DNA of 40,000 nucleotides. Origin: CrAssphage ZA. Of this stretch, positions 15,884-25,163 are shown piece by piece. The stretch's first letter is position 1. Each line of letters starts with the position of its first letter. The position numbers and the translations under genes were made by a program. The stretch lies in the sequence record MK238400.1, one strand, 5' to 3'. A model generated the notes under the pieces. The model was not told the DNA's origin and made no database searches. It saw only the letters and a list, made by a program, of their open reading frames with translations.

Positions 15884-17095
15884 ATGAAAAGAAATATTAG
15901 TAATACTATTTTAACTAAAGATTATATTTTCTCTAAAGTTAGTCAAATTACTATTTTTAGCACTTATACTGGAATTAGTGTTGAAGATATACAACATTGT
16001 ATAGATACAGGAGAATTTATATCTAGTCCTTTTCGTGAAGATACTCATCCTAGTTTTGGTTTTAGATATGATAATAGGAATAAACTTAAAGGAAGAGATT
16101 TTGCTGGATATTGGTGGGGAGATTGTATAGATGCTGCTGCAACTGTACTCTCTGAAATTGTTCATAAGCAAATTGATATTTCTATTAAAAGTCAATTTCT
16201 ATTTGTTCTTAAACATATTGCTTATACTTTTAGAAATATTATTTATGGACAAGATAAAGATGAAAACAACGATTATAATATTACTAGGGCTATTAGTAAT
16301 GTACGTAATCATAAACCTATTATTGAACTTGTTACTCGTCCGTGGAATAATTTAGATGCTAAGTATTGGGGACAATTTGGTATTAATCTTAATTTTCTTA
16401 ATACTCATTTTGTTTATCCTGTTGACCAATTTTATATTAATCGTTCTACTAACCCTATTCCTAAATATTTTTACGATAAAGATAAAACGGATTTATGTTA
16501 TGGATATGTTCTTGGACAAGATAAAAGAGGAATAGTTAATGTTAAATTGTATTTTCCAAATAGGAATAAGAAAACTGAAGTTAAGTTTATAACTAATAGT
16601 AATACTATTGAGGGAGTTATTAATCTTGAATTAGATAATTATAACGTTATTATTATAACTAAATCTACTAAAGATAGATTAAGTCTTGAATGTTATCTAA
16701 AGAGTATTAATCATTCCATCCTCTACGGGGGGTTTACCCTTGAATCTAAGACTATTGGTGTTGTTAATATTCCACATGAAACTTATAAACTTCGTCAAAT
16801 TGAATATGATTGGCTTCGTAGTAAACTTAATCGAAATGGTTTTCTTATTAGCCTTATGGATAATGATAGAACTGGTCTTATGGAAGCTGTAATTCTTAAG
16901 AATGATTATGATATTATACCTATTATTATTCCTAAAGAACTTGGTGTTAAAGATTTTGCAGAATTGAGAAGTAGTTATTCTACAAATGTTATTAATGAAT
17001 TAACTCAACAAGTTGTTAAATATATAGAAGATAATTATGGAGAAGAAACTGAATTTACTTGGGATACGGAAGAAAGTAATACTTTGCCATACTAA
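15884..17095 (+). CDS. DnaG-family (TOPRIM) primase
   Basis: SPFREDTHPSFGFRYDNR...WWGDCID N-terminal DnaG-like pattern, IITKSTKDRLSL and LMDNDRTG TOPRIM-like motifs. Supplied start at 15800 is TTG upstream of the terminator; ATG is at 15884. Confidence 0.85.
   Translation: MKRNISNTILTKDYIFSKVSQITIFSTYTGISVEDIQHCIDTGEFISSPFREDTHPSFGFRYDNRNKLKGRDFAGYWWGDCIDAAATVLSEIVHKQIDISIKSQFLFVLKHIAYTFRNIIYGQDKDENNDYNITRAISNVRNHKPIIELVTRPWNNLDAKYWGQFGINLNFLNTHFVYPVDQFYINRSTNPIPKYFYDKDKTDLCYGYVLGQDKRGIVNVKLYFPNRNKKTEVKFITNSNTIEGVINLELDNYNVIIITKSTKDRLSLECYLKSINHSILYGGFTLESKTIGVVNIPHETYKLRQIEYDWLRSKLNRNGFLISLMDNDRTGLMEAVILKNDYDIIPIIIPKELGVKDFAELRSSYSTNVINELTQQVVKYIEDNYGEETEFTWDTEESNTLPY
16715..16733 (-). repeat. 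Dispersed GC-rich repeat inside the primase (TCCATCCTCTACGGGGGGT)
   Basis: Read as SILYGG between the TOPRIM KSTKD and DND motifs. Confidence 0.92.
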
Positions 17096-17465
17096 AAGTT
17101 TAGCTGGTATTACATATACTGTTATGCGTCCAATTACTGAAGAAGATGAACAAAATCTTGATAAATGGGAATGTATTAATGTAGATGGTAAACGTATTGA
17201 TAAAAAAGATATTTATTGTTATGGAGAAATTAATCTATCTTCTAATGATGACGTTGAATATATCAAAAAGTTTAGCTTACTTGATACTGATAATGGTGGA
17301 ACTATTCATAGTAATTTTAATTATCAAGAAGGTTATGCTCTTATTGAAGGAATAGCTAAAACTTATCCTACATTTGATATTGTTGAATGGTTTAAATATA
17401 ATCATTGTCTTATAGGTAAACCAACTCGTATTATTATTTATAAATGTAAGAAAGAAAATCTATGA
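17037..17465 (+). CDS. Hypothetical protein (up to 142 aa; start uncertain)
   Basis: ORF overlapping the end of the primase; MRPITEEDEQ... further in is an alternative start. Confidence 0.65.
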   Translation: MEKKLNLLGIRKKVILCHTKSLAGITYTVMRPITEEDEQNLDKWECINVDGKRIDKKDIYCYGEINLSSNDDVEYIKKFSLLDTDNGGTIHSNFNYQEGYALIEGIAKTYPTFDIVEWFKYNHCLIGKPTRIIIYKCKKENL

Positions 17466-18022
17466 TAATAAAAGGATATGAAGAAAAGCTAGATGATAAA
17501 GATATTAGATATATTAATTATGTTATTGATAAATCTACAATGGCTGATGCAATTGAATCTTATATTAAAGATTTAGATTGTACTACTATTTATCCTGATG
17601 GTTCTCGTCCTAGACAAACTATTAATTATGGTTATCGTATTACTCTTTCTAGTATTGAATATATTCTTGATAAACTTTATCTTGTTCTAGAACATCATCC
17701 AGAAAAAGCTCAAAGTTATATTGATTATCGTAATAGTATTATTAAAAGAATTATTGATATACATGAAAAAAATCTTGATTTCGAGAGAAGAAACCCAATA
17801 CGATATTATAGTAAAGAACCAAGGAAACGCACTAGAAGTGTTAGCAGAGTTAATCAATCAAAAGATGTCTTTACAGGTAAACCCATTGATGTTAGCACCG
17901 GTATTGCAAAGGCTATTAAGCCTAAAAAGGAAACGATTGCTCAGCGTAAAGCTAAACTTCTAGGTGGTAAAGCTGTTAGTTTTGCATTTAATGGTTTAAA
18001 AATAAGTGAACATAATGAATAA
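17462..18022 (+). CDS. Hypothetical protein (186 aa)
   Basis: Intact ORF overlapping neighbours by a few bases. Confidence 0.75.
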   Translation: MIIKGYEEKLDDKDIRYINYVIDKSTMADAIESYIKDLDCTTIYPDGSRPRQTINYGYRITLSSIEYILDKLYLVLEHHPEKAQSYIDYRNSIIKRIIDIHEKNLDFERRNPIRYYSKEPRKRTRSVSRVNQSKDVFTGKPIDVSTGIAKAIKPKKETIAQRKAKLLGGKAVSFAFNGLKISEHNE

Positions 18023-19232
18023 ACTTTATCGTAGAAATAATAATGGTGTGCCTACTGTTTGGTGGGCTGAACTTGACAGTGGTACTAATAGTATTACTGT
18101 TTTTTATGGTCTTGTTCGAGGTAATATTCGTAAAGAAGTTTATGCTGTTACTCAAAAAGATGGTCAAAAAGAACTTGAAAGTAGATATAATGATAAGATT
18201 AAACAAGGATATACATATCTTAATGAACTTTGTGATATGCAGGGTTTACCCCCCGTGGAGGATGGAGATAATGATACTCTATTTAATTTTCTAAATACTT
18301 ATCTACCTAAAGACCTTAGTAATGGAAACAGTAATCTTCTACTTCCAATGCTTGCTAAAACGTATAATGATAATGTTTGGAAAAAAGTCGGTTATATGTA
18401 TGGTCAGTATAAGATTAATGGTCTACGTTGTATTATTACTGCTTATACTCAAAATGATATGTTTAAACCTGTTAGGCTTCGTTTCCAAAGTCGTGAAGGC
18501 ATTATTTGGAATACTTTGGAGAATCTTAGCGATTATCTTCTTTATGTTATTCCTGCAAATATTATCAGTGATATGATTGATGGGTCTGTTGCTCTTGATG
18601 GTGAGATTTATCTTCCAGGCTATACTATAAATCAAATTAATCATTTTGTTAAAGACAGTAATTGTCCTGAAAATAAACTTCTTCAATTTTGGTGTTATGA
18701 TATTATGATGGAAGGTGATCAAAGTAGTAGAAATGATTATCGTTATGGTATTAAATCTCCTACTTCTTTTTATAATATTGAAAATCATTATGGCAATATA
18801 GAAAGATTTATTGTTCTTCCTAGTAGATACATTAATAATGATAATGAAGCTATTGAAACTAGAAATCATTATATTAATATAGGTTTTGAAGGTCTTATAC
18901 TTCGTAATCCAGACATGGATTATCAATATGGCAGACGTAGAGCTAATTATATGGAGAAGTTTAAAGATGCTTATGAAGGAGATTTTATCATTATAGATAT
19001 TTATAAAGAAAAGAAACGTAATTTACCTATTCTTCTTTGTAAAAATGATATTAATGATGAAAAGTTTGAAACTCGTTTAAGCACTAGTCATATTGTTCAA
19101 CAAGAAGTTTTATTCGATTCTCAATCTTATATTGGTAGAACTGTTCATATAGAATATGGTGAACGAAGTGGTGTTTCTAGAGTTCCGTTTCATATTAAAA
19201 CTGTTGTTATAAATGGAGATACTAGATTATAA
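18015..19232 (+). CDS. ATP-dependent DNA ligase
   Basis: QYKINGLRCI (KxDG-like nucleotidyltransferase motif I), VALDGEIY, FEGLILRNPD and DAYEGDFIIIDIYK; ATG at 18015, the supplied start at 18006 being GTG. Confidence 0.85.
   Translation: MNKLYRRNNNGVPTVWWAELDSGTNSITVFYGLVRGNIRKEVYAVTQKDGQKELESRYNDKIKQGYTYLNELCDMQGLPPVEDGDNDTLFNFLNTYLPKDLSNGNSNLLLPMLAKTYNDNVWKKVGYMYGQYKINGLRCIITAYTQNDMFKPVRLRFQSREGIIWNTLENLSDYLLYVIPANIISDMIDGSVALDGEIYLPGYTINQINHFVKDSNCPENKLLQFWCYDIMMEGDQSSRNDYRYGIKSPTSFYNIENHYGNIERFIVLPSRYINNDNEAIETRNHYINIGFEGLILRNPDMDYQYGRRRANYMEKFKDAYEGDFIIIDIYKEKKRNLPILLCKNDINDEKFETRLSTSHIVQQEVLFDSQSYIGRTVHIEYGERSGVSRVPFHIKTVVINGDTRL
18248..18266 (+). repeat. Dispersed GC-rich repeat inside the ligase (ACCCCCCGTGGAGGATGGA)
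   Basis: Read as LPPVEDG. Confidence 0.9.
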
Positions 19233-19596
19233 TGTAATTAAGAATAATAATTTTGATAGAACTAAATCTTATTTTAGTTGTTATTATAAATCTATTATTC
19301 TATTTACTGATTATGATGCTAAAAGTTATAATTTTGCTGTTAGATATAATGACATAACTAAAAGTAATGAACTTTATGTGATTTTGTATAATGATGATAA
19401 AGTTGATATTGGTATTCCTATTGTTCGAGATGCTAATACTGGATTTAAATTATATATTCCTAATAAAGTTATTAAACTTCTCGATACAAGACTACGTAAT
19501 TCTTTTGTTATGTCTAAAGATGATTTTAATATTAATGTTAAGTTTGTAGAAGAACGTAATGATTTTTGTATTATTTATCATATAGATATTGAATAA
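19213..19596 (+). CDS. Hypothetical protein (127 aa)
   Basis: Intact ORF overlapping the ligase stop. Confidence 0.7.
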   Translation: MEILDYNVIKNNNFDRTKSYFSCYYKSIILFTDYDAKSYNFAVRYNDITKSNELYVILYNDDKVDIGIPIVRDANTGFKLYIPNKVIKLLDTRLRNSFVMSKDDFNINVKFVEERNDFCIIYHIDIE

Positions 19597-19600
19597 GGTG

Positions 19601-19632
19601 AAGCCTAGTACATAATATGGTGTGCTAGGCTT
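19601..19632 (+). terminator. Hairpin, probable terminator
   Basis: AAGCCTAGTACA...TGTGCTAGGCTT, 12-bp stem with one G.U, 4 nt after the stop codon. Confidence 0.7.
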
Positions 19633-19675
19633 TTCCATTTGTTAGAGGTCTAAAACTATACAGAACACGCTCGTA

Positions 19676-19768
19676 GACATGATTCTTTTTGCCTGTATTC
19701 AATTTTATATATCAGAATGATTAATCTATCACGATAAGATTTGCGTGTCATGTTGAGCCTTAAAATGC
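19676..19768 (+). promoter_or_regulatory. Three-copy leader element, copy B
   Basis: GACATGATTCTTTTTGCCTGTATTCAATTTT...GATTAATCTATCACGAT...GAGCCTTAAAATG upstream of the dNMP kinase. Confidence 0.55.
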
Positions 19769-19870
19769 GTCATTCTCACCATGATATTTAACATTAAATT
19801 CAGCATCATTATTACTAGTAAATTCCTATTATATTTTTATATTTGTCTTGATAAACAAAAACAAATTACT

Positions 19871-20590
19871 ATGAGTATTAATAAAGTTTCTATTGTTGGT
19901 ATTAAAGGATTTAAAGGAAGTGGTAAAGATACAGTTGCTTCTATGATTAGTTATATCCTTCATGATGGTATTATGAAAGCTAGTTATGATACTTGGCTTC
20001 TTTATCATAAAAATGGGTTTGTTGAAAACGATGAAATAATTATTCATTTTGCTGATAAACTTAAAGATGATATATCTGAATTTTGTGGTATTGACCGTAA
20101 ACTTCTAGATAGACAAGAAATTAAAGAAAATTATTATTATAATTTTAAGACTGGTATTGTTTCTACTAATATTAAAGATATAGACTGTGTTATTAATACT
20201 GTACTAGAATATGATAATTTATCTACACTTCTTCTTTTAAATAATAATGTTTCTATTAAAATTAGAGCTCTTCTTCAATATTATGGAACTAATGTTATTA
20301 GAAATCATTTTTGGCATGAAGCTTTTATTCGTTATACTATGAATAAAGCATTTGATATAAAAAACAGTAAAGGGCAATGTATTATAGCTGATGCTAGATT
20401 TGAAGATGAATGTATGGCTATTAAATATTATGGTGGAAAAATAATTAGAGTAGATAGAAGAGTTAATAATGATAATCATGAAAGTGAACAAATTAAAATT
20501 TCTCAAGATGATTATGTTATTAATAATACTGGTACTCTTGTTGGTCTTTTCTATAAAGTTCTTAAATTTGTAACTGATTATATGGTATGA
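19871..20590 (+). CDS. Deoxynucleoside monophosphate kinase-like protein
   Basis: P-loop GFKGSGKDT, VIRNHFWHEAFIRY and IIADARFEDECMAI; TTG start of the supplied ORF moved to the ATG at 19871. Confidence 0.75.
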   Translation: MSINKVSIVGIKGFKGSGKDTVASMISYILHDGIMKASYDTWLLYHKNGFVENDEIIIHFADKLKDDISEFCGIDRKLLDRQEIKENYYYNFKTGIVSTNIKDIDCVINTVLEYDNLSTLLLLNNNVSIKIRALLQYYGTNVIRNHFWHEAFIRYTMNKAFDIKNSKGQCIIADARFEDECMAIKYYGGKIIRVDRRVNNDNHESEQIKISQDDYVINNTGTLVGLFYKVLKFVTDYMV

Positions 20591-20970
20591 AATTACATCC
20601 TATTTTTGGTATAAATGCTCTTGCTAGAGTTTGTATATGTTGTGGTAAAGTTATTGGTTATACTCCACTTGGAAATTCTGTTGAAGAAGATGTTAGTAAG
20701 AGTAAACAAATAGCTGAAGCTATTGTATGTAAAGAATGTATAGATAAGCTTGATAGTGAAACTTGCTTTATAGCTTGTGACATGGATAAAGATAATTATA
20801 TAACTGCTACTTATGATACTTTATGGATTAGAAATAAAGGTCTTAAAGAGTTTTTTAAAGAGCTTGATTCTATACAGCCTATTAATATTATACCTAAAGA
20901 ACATTTTTATAGTATATTTGGAAATGTAATTAAAGATTTTTATAATAATAAAGAAGATGAAAATAATTGA
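20587..20970 (+). CDS. Hypothetical zinc-ribbon-like protein
   Basis: CICC...CKEC cysteine pairs; ATGA overlap with the upstream gene. Confidence 0.65.
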   Translation: MKLHPIFGINALARVCICCGKVIGYTPLGNSVEEDVSKSKQIAEAIVCKECIDKLDSETCFIACDMDKDNYITATYDTLWIRNKGLKEFFKELDSIQPINIIPKEHFYSIFGNVIKDFYNNKEDENN

Positions 20971-21811
20971 GCCTAAAGTTGAACTTTGGCAACAAGGAGA
21001 TGATGCTAAAGCTCATGTTGCTAGATGTGCAAGAGTTTGTTATGGTAGAGAAACAGGTAATGATCAAGCTACTATTAAAAGACTTATAGATAGTGAACAT
21101 TGGAGTATGTTTCGTCATGGAACTTATTATATAATAGCTAATGATAGTGATAAAACTTTAGAAACTATTGTCATTAATTATGCTAATACTATTGGTTTTA
21201 GTTATCATTATGAAAAACATGTTTATTATATAACTGTTAATGGTAATTGGGTTTTAGACCATAAAACACAATTTGGTTATCTATCTAAATATGTTGTTCC
21301 TATTGAAGATTTTTGTAATACTGAAATAGGATTTCATATGATGAGATATACTTTTTGTGTTGATACACAAATTAGTACTTCTCGTGAACTAAATCGTGTT
21401 AGTCCTAATAATATTGCTGAAAAATCAACTCGATATGTATATGAAGATGGGAATATTTGTCGTCCTCATTGGATGACTGATGAAGAAGTAGATTATTTAA
21501 ATAATGAACCTATTTTTGAAGAATGGTGCAATTCTCATAAAAAAGCATCTATTTATAGAAATAGTTGTAATGATTCTTTTAATAAATATAAACTTCTTGT
21601 AGATATTGGTATGCATCGTCAAGATGCTCGTGGCGTTCTTCCTCTTGATACTGCTACTAGATGTATTTATACATATTCCATAAGAGAATGGCGTCATATT
21701 ATTGATTTACGTTATTATGGTACTACTGGTACTCCTCATCCTAATTGTATTATTATAGCTGGTATGATTAGAAATAATTTAATGGAACTTGGATATGACT
21801 TCAGAGATTGA
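20957..21811 (+). CDS. thyX: Flavin-dependent thymidylate synthase-like protein
   Basis: HWSMFRHGTYYI, STSRELNRVSPNNIAEKSTRY and YSIREWRHIIDLRYYGTTGTPHPN. Confidence 0.82.
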   Translation: MKIIEPKVELWQQGDDAKAHVARCARVCYGRETGNDQATIKRLIDSEHWSMFRHGTYYIIANDSDKTLETIVINYANTIGFSYHYEKHVYYITVNGNWVLDHKTQFGYLSKYVVPIEDFCNTEIGFHMMRYTFCVDTQISTSRELNRVSPNNIAEKSTRYVYEDGNICRPHWMTDEEVDYLNNEPIFEEWCNSHKKASIYRNSCNDSFNKYKLLVDIGMHRQDARGVLPLDTATRCIYTYSIREWRHIIDLRYYGTTGTPHPNCIIIAGMIRNNLMELGYDFRD

Positions 21812-22058
21812 TAAACTTAAACATTTTCATGTTGAAGATTATAGTGGTATTTATTTTACTGATGAGTTAAATGCCGGTGAAGAATTTCTTTATACTACAA
21901 TTGGAATTAAAGATGATAAAGAAGTAACATTTCTATGTAAATATATTAAAAATAAACATATTGAGGCTTGTCCTAATTGTGTATTTAATAACTATTTTTG
22001 TCATGGTCTTTTATGTAATATTGTTGTTCTTAAAGTAATTAAAAATGAAGAAAAGTAA
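21795..22058 (+). CDS. Hypothetical protein (87 aa)
   Basis: Overlaps the thyX stop; ATG at 21795 (supplied 21789 is TTG). Confidence 0.65.
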   Translation: MTSEIDKLKHFHVEDYSGIYFTDELNAGEEFLYTTIGIKDDKEVTFLCKYIKNKHIEACPNCVFNNYFCHGLLCNIVVLKVIKNEEK

Positions 22059-22827
22059 ACGTTATATTAAAAAGCAAAATAATAAACCTCTTATTAATAA
22101 GAAAGTTTTAGCTAAAGTTATTAGAGAAAGTAATATTTGTAAACATGCTATTAAAGAACTTAAACTTGCTGGATATGGTAATGGAGAAGGCGGTCCAAAT
22201 GATTGGATGTATCAACAAGTAATTGAAGCTGTTGCTGTATTTGCTTCTCATGGTAATAGTGGTATGTCTGCGTCTTGGGAAATTAATCTTGTTCAAAAAC
22301 TATGTGATTGGGATATTATTAGTCCTCTTAAATTTACTGATGATGAATGGTGTCAAATAAGTTCTGATGGTACTTGTCAAAACAGACGTAAAGGAAATGT
22401 ATTCAAAGAGCCAGATGGTAGTATTCATTATAATGGAGCTTTTACTAAACGAGCTACTAGTAGATATAATTTTGATACTAAAGAATGGACTGATAATAAA
22501 AATCCTATTTGTTGGCATGGTGGATTATTTGAATATAAAGATAATATTCTTACCGGTAGATATTTTAATCAATGCCATTTACTACCATATAAAATTAATA
22601 AAGGATGGACTCCTCGTCCTACAATAACTATTGATTGTGTTGAAATAGAAATAGCTCCTGATAATTGGATTATGGCTGTTGATGCTAATAATACTAATTT
22701 ACTGTTACTTAATGCTTATTATAATATTCAATGGAAAGAATGTTCTTGTTTAAGAGGTATTCGTCTTGAAGATGTTACTGTTGAACTTGAAGAAGAAGCA
22801 TATGAAGAAATGAGAAATAATAAATAA
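22045..22827 (+). CDS. Conserved-looking phage protein of unknown function (260 aa)
   Basis: Intact ORF; GPNDWMYQQVIEAVAVFASHGNSGMSASWEINLVQKLCDWDIISPLKFTDDEW region. Confidence 0.75.
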   Translation: MKKSKRYIKKQNNKPLINKKVLAKVIRESNICKHAIKELKLAGYGNGEGGPNDWMYQQVIEAVAVFASHGNSGMSASWEINLVQKLCDWDIISPLKFTDDEWCQISSDGTCQNRRKGNVFKEPDGSIHYNGAFTKRATSRYNFDTKEWTDNKNPICWHGGLFEYKDNILTGRYFNQCHLLPYKINKGWTPRPTITIDCVEIEIAPDNWIMAVDANNTNLLLLNAYYNIQWKECSCLRGIRLEDVTVELEEEAYEEMRNNK

Positions 22828-22854
22828 ATTATTAACTATTTAAATATTAAAGTT

Positions 22855-23106
22855 ATGGGAAGAAGATTTCATGGTTTTAATAACCGTTTTAGAACTACTA
22901 AAAATACAGAAGCTGTTGTATTTGAAAATGGTGGATTTGTTGGTAATCTTGGTTTAAGTAAAAAACTATGGAAAAAGTATATTGAAGCTAGTTATAAATA
23001 TAGAACTAATACTGATAAAATGACTGCTAGTGATTATACTCATTTATTTGGTTATTTAAATCCTTATTATCGTTCTGCTTATAATGTATCTAAACGTAGA
23101 AAATAA
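22855..23106 (+). CDS. Hypothetical protein (83 aa)
   Basis: Intact ORF with basic ends. Confidence 0.65.
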   Translation: MGRRFHGFNNRFRTTKNTEAVVFENGGFVGNLGLSKKLWKKYIEASYKYRTNTDKMTASDYTHLFGYLNPYYRSAYNVSKRRK

Positions 23107-23885
23107 TGGCAAGTATTTATAATATTACTACTGAACTTGAGGATATATTTCTTGAGTTAGAAGAAAATGGAGGTGAATTAACTCCTGAACTTGAAGAACG
23201 CCTCGCTATTACACAAGATAATCTTAAATCTAAACTTGATAGTTATCGTAAAGCATATACTGTACTTAATCTTGAAGCTGAATCTTGTAAAAAAGAAGAG
23301 CAACGATTAGCTGTTCTTCGTAAAACTAAAGAAAACAATGCTGAAAGACTTAAAGGGATTATGCTTGATGCTGTTATTACTTATGGAGATTTAGGTAAAT
23401 CTGGTAATAAAGTTATTAATCTAGTTGATAGTAAACTCTATACTAAGAATAGTAAATGTGTTGAAATTGATGAAAATCTTAATCAAATATTTATTGATTT
23501 AGTTCTTGAACATTTACAATCTCTTTGGGATAATGATATGATTGATGGTAATTTCTCATTTAGTAGAGATGTTCTTCTTGAACAAATTAATGATAAATTT
23601 ACTGAAAGATATCCTGAACAATCTGCTAGACTTAGAGAAGAAACTGGAGGTTATTTTACGCTTGATGATTTAGATTGTATTAAAGTTAAATTTGAGATTG
23701 AAAAACCTGTTGGTGATTTAGCTAATAAAATTAATTTTGATTTACTTAATACTTTCTTTAATCATCAACATGAAATGACTAGAAGTAGCAGTGTTAATAA
23801 AACTACTATGAAGAATATTCTTAATGATGGTAGAGATATTAGTATAGCTAAACTTGTTGAGAATACTAGTCTTATTATTAAATAA
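23106..23885 (+). CDS. Siphovirus Gp157-like protein
   Basis: Pattern LEDIFLELEENGGELTPELEERLAI...LKSKLDSYRKAYTVLNLEAESCKKEEQRLAVLRKTKENNAERLKGIML. Confidence 0.65.
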   Translation: MASIYNITTELEDIFLELEENGGELTPELEERLAITQDNLKSKLDSYRKAYTVLNLEAESCKKEEQRLAVLRKTKENNAERLKGIMLDAVITYGDLGKSGNKVINLVDSKLYTKNSKCVEIDENLNQIFIDLVLEHLQSLWDNDMIDGNFSFSRDVLLEQINDKFTERYPEQSARLREETGGYFTLDDLDCIKVKFEIEKPVGDLANKINFDLLNTFFNHQHEMTRSSSVNKTTMKNILNDGRDISIAKLVENTSLIIK

Positions 23886-23894
23886 CTTAGTTAT

Positions 23895-23938
23895 ACTCCC
23901 CGTAGAAGATAGAATTAAGTTCATCCTCCACGGGGAGT
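23895..23938. repeat. Inverted pair of the dispersed GC-rich repeat forming a hairpin
   Basis: ACTCCCCGTAGAAGATAGA-ATTAAG-TTCATCCTCCACGGGGAGT, arms 23895-23913 and 23920-23938. Confidence 0.9.
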
Positions 23939-23961
23939 CAACACGACTAATCTTGTTAATT

Positions 23962-24081
23962 ATGGAACTAGAAGAAAAAGTAAGAGAATTAATAAAATGG
24001 TATATGGATACTTATGGTGTTAATAAAAACCAAGCTGTTAGAGATATTGAAAGTGTTATGTTACGTATAAGTCATAAATAA
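23962..24081 (+). CDS. Small protein (39 aa)
   Basis: MELEEKVRELIKWYMDTYGVNKNQAVRDIESVMLRISHK; the supplied ORF start at 23854 is over-extended. Confidence 0.55.
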   Translation: MELEEKVRELIKWYMDTYGVNKNQAVRDIESVMLRISHK

Positions 24082-24082
24082 T

Positions 24083-25144
24083 ATGTATAAAGTAAAAGGT
24101 AAACCTTGGGCTTATTCTGGTGCTATTGATGTATCAGATTGTGCTACTGCTAAAGAAGTTATGCTTAAAGCTGGACTTAATTTTGATGTAGCTAAATGTG
24201 AACTAGTTGGTAAAATGCCTATTAAACTTACTGGAACTGATGAAGAACTTGATAGAATTATTAAAGAACAAAAAGAAGGCGCTCATGTTTTTGGTACTGA
24301 CATTTATCGTAAGTGTGATAACGCCTTTGCTACCTATCGTACTGATTACAATATTCCTTTAGGTGTTGTTAAAAGTAAATATACTATTGTACAAAACAAT
24401 GATGCTTTTAATTTCTTTGATGACGCTATTGGTAAAAATTCTGCTATTTGGCAAACTGCTGGATTTTGGGGAAATGGTGAGAGAATATTTGTAAGTGCTA
24501 AACTTCCTAATAATATTCTTGTTAAAGGTGACCCTGTTGAAAATTATCTAGTATTTACTAATACTCATGATGGTAGTGGTGGAGTTAAAATTTTATTTAC
24601 TCCTATTAGAGTTATTTGTCAAAATACTCTTAATGCTGCTATTCGTACTAGTAGTAATTATGTTAGTTTTCGACATACAACTAGTGTTCATAATAAAATT
24701 TCTGTTGCGCAAGAAATACTTGGAATTAGTAAAATTAAATCTGAAGAATTTGGTCAATATTGTAATTTACTTGCTGATATTAAGGTTACTGATGAAGATG
24801 TAATCCAATTTATTGGAGAAAATCTTCTTACTAGTGATGAAATTCAACGTCTAAAAGATACAGGTCATACTATTAAAGATATTGCTTATCGTAGTGGTTT
24901 AGCTTTAACTGATAGTAAAATAAGTAGTAGAAAAATGAATGTTATTTCTGATACTTATAGTTATTATTTTGATGGTCCAGGTCAAAGAGATATTCTTGGT
25001 ACAGCTTGGGGTGCAGTTAATGCTATTAGTGGATATTATTCTAATATAGATAATATTGAAGGTACTAAGCGATTTGATAGTATTTGTTATGGTGATAAAT
25101 CAAGAAAAATAGAAAATGCTTTTGCACTTGCAGAAGCTCTTTAA
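24083..25144 (+). CDS. DUF932-like phage protein
   Basis: GVVKSKYTIVQNNDAFNFFDDAIG...GNGERIFVSAKLP...NTHDGSGGVKILFTPIRVICQNTLNAAI pattern. Confidence 0.75.
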   Translation: MYKVKGKPWAYSGAIDVSDCATAKEVMLKAGLNFDVAKCELVGKMPIKLTGTDEELDRIIKEQKEGAHVFGTDIYRKCDNAFATYRTDYNIPLGVVKSKYTIVQNNDAFNFFDDAIGKNSAIWQTAGFWGNGERIFVSAKLPNNILVKGDPVENYLVFTNTHDGSGGVKILFTPIRVICQNTLNAAIRTSSNYVSFRHTTSVHNKISVAQEILGISKIKSEEFGQYCNLLADIKVTDEDVIQFIGENLLTSDEIQRLKDTGHTIKDIAYRSGLALTDSKISSRKMNVISDTYSYYFDGPGQRDILGTAWGAVNAISGYYSNIDNIEGTKRFDSICYGDKSRKIENAFALAEAL

Positions 25145-25163
25145 TTTAATAATTTAATTATAT

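Noticed and set aside
16650-16661. TATAACGTTAT in the primase as another copy of the 17-bp palindrome
   Set aside because: Lacks the 5-nt spacer and lies in coding sequence where such words are expected from codon bias.
445-23924. Many minus-strand ORFs of 60-170 aa on the left 29 kb
   Set aside because: They overlap well-supported + strand genes, are rich in I/N/S/F/T low-complexity translation and carry no family motifs. They are antisense artefacts of AT-rich, T-ending coding DNA.
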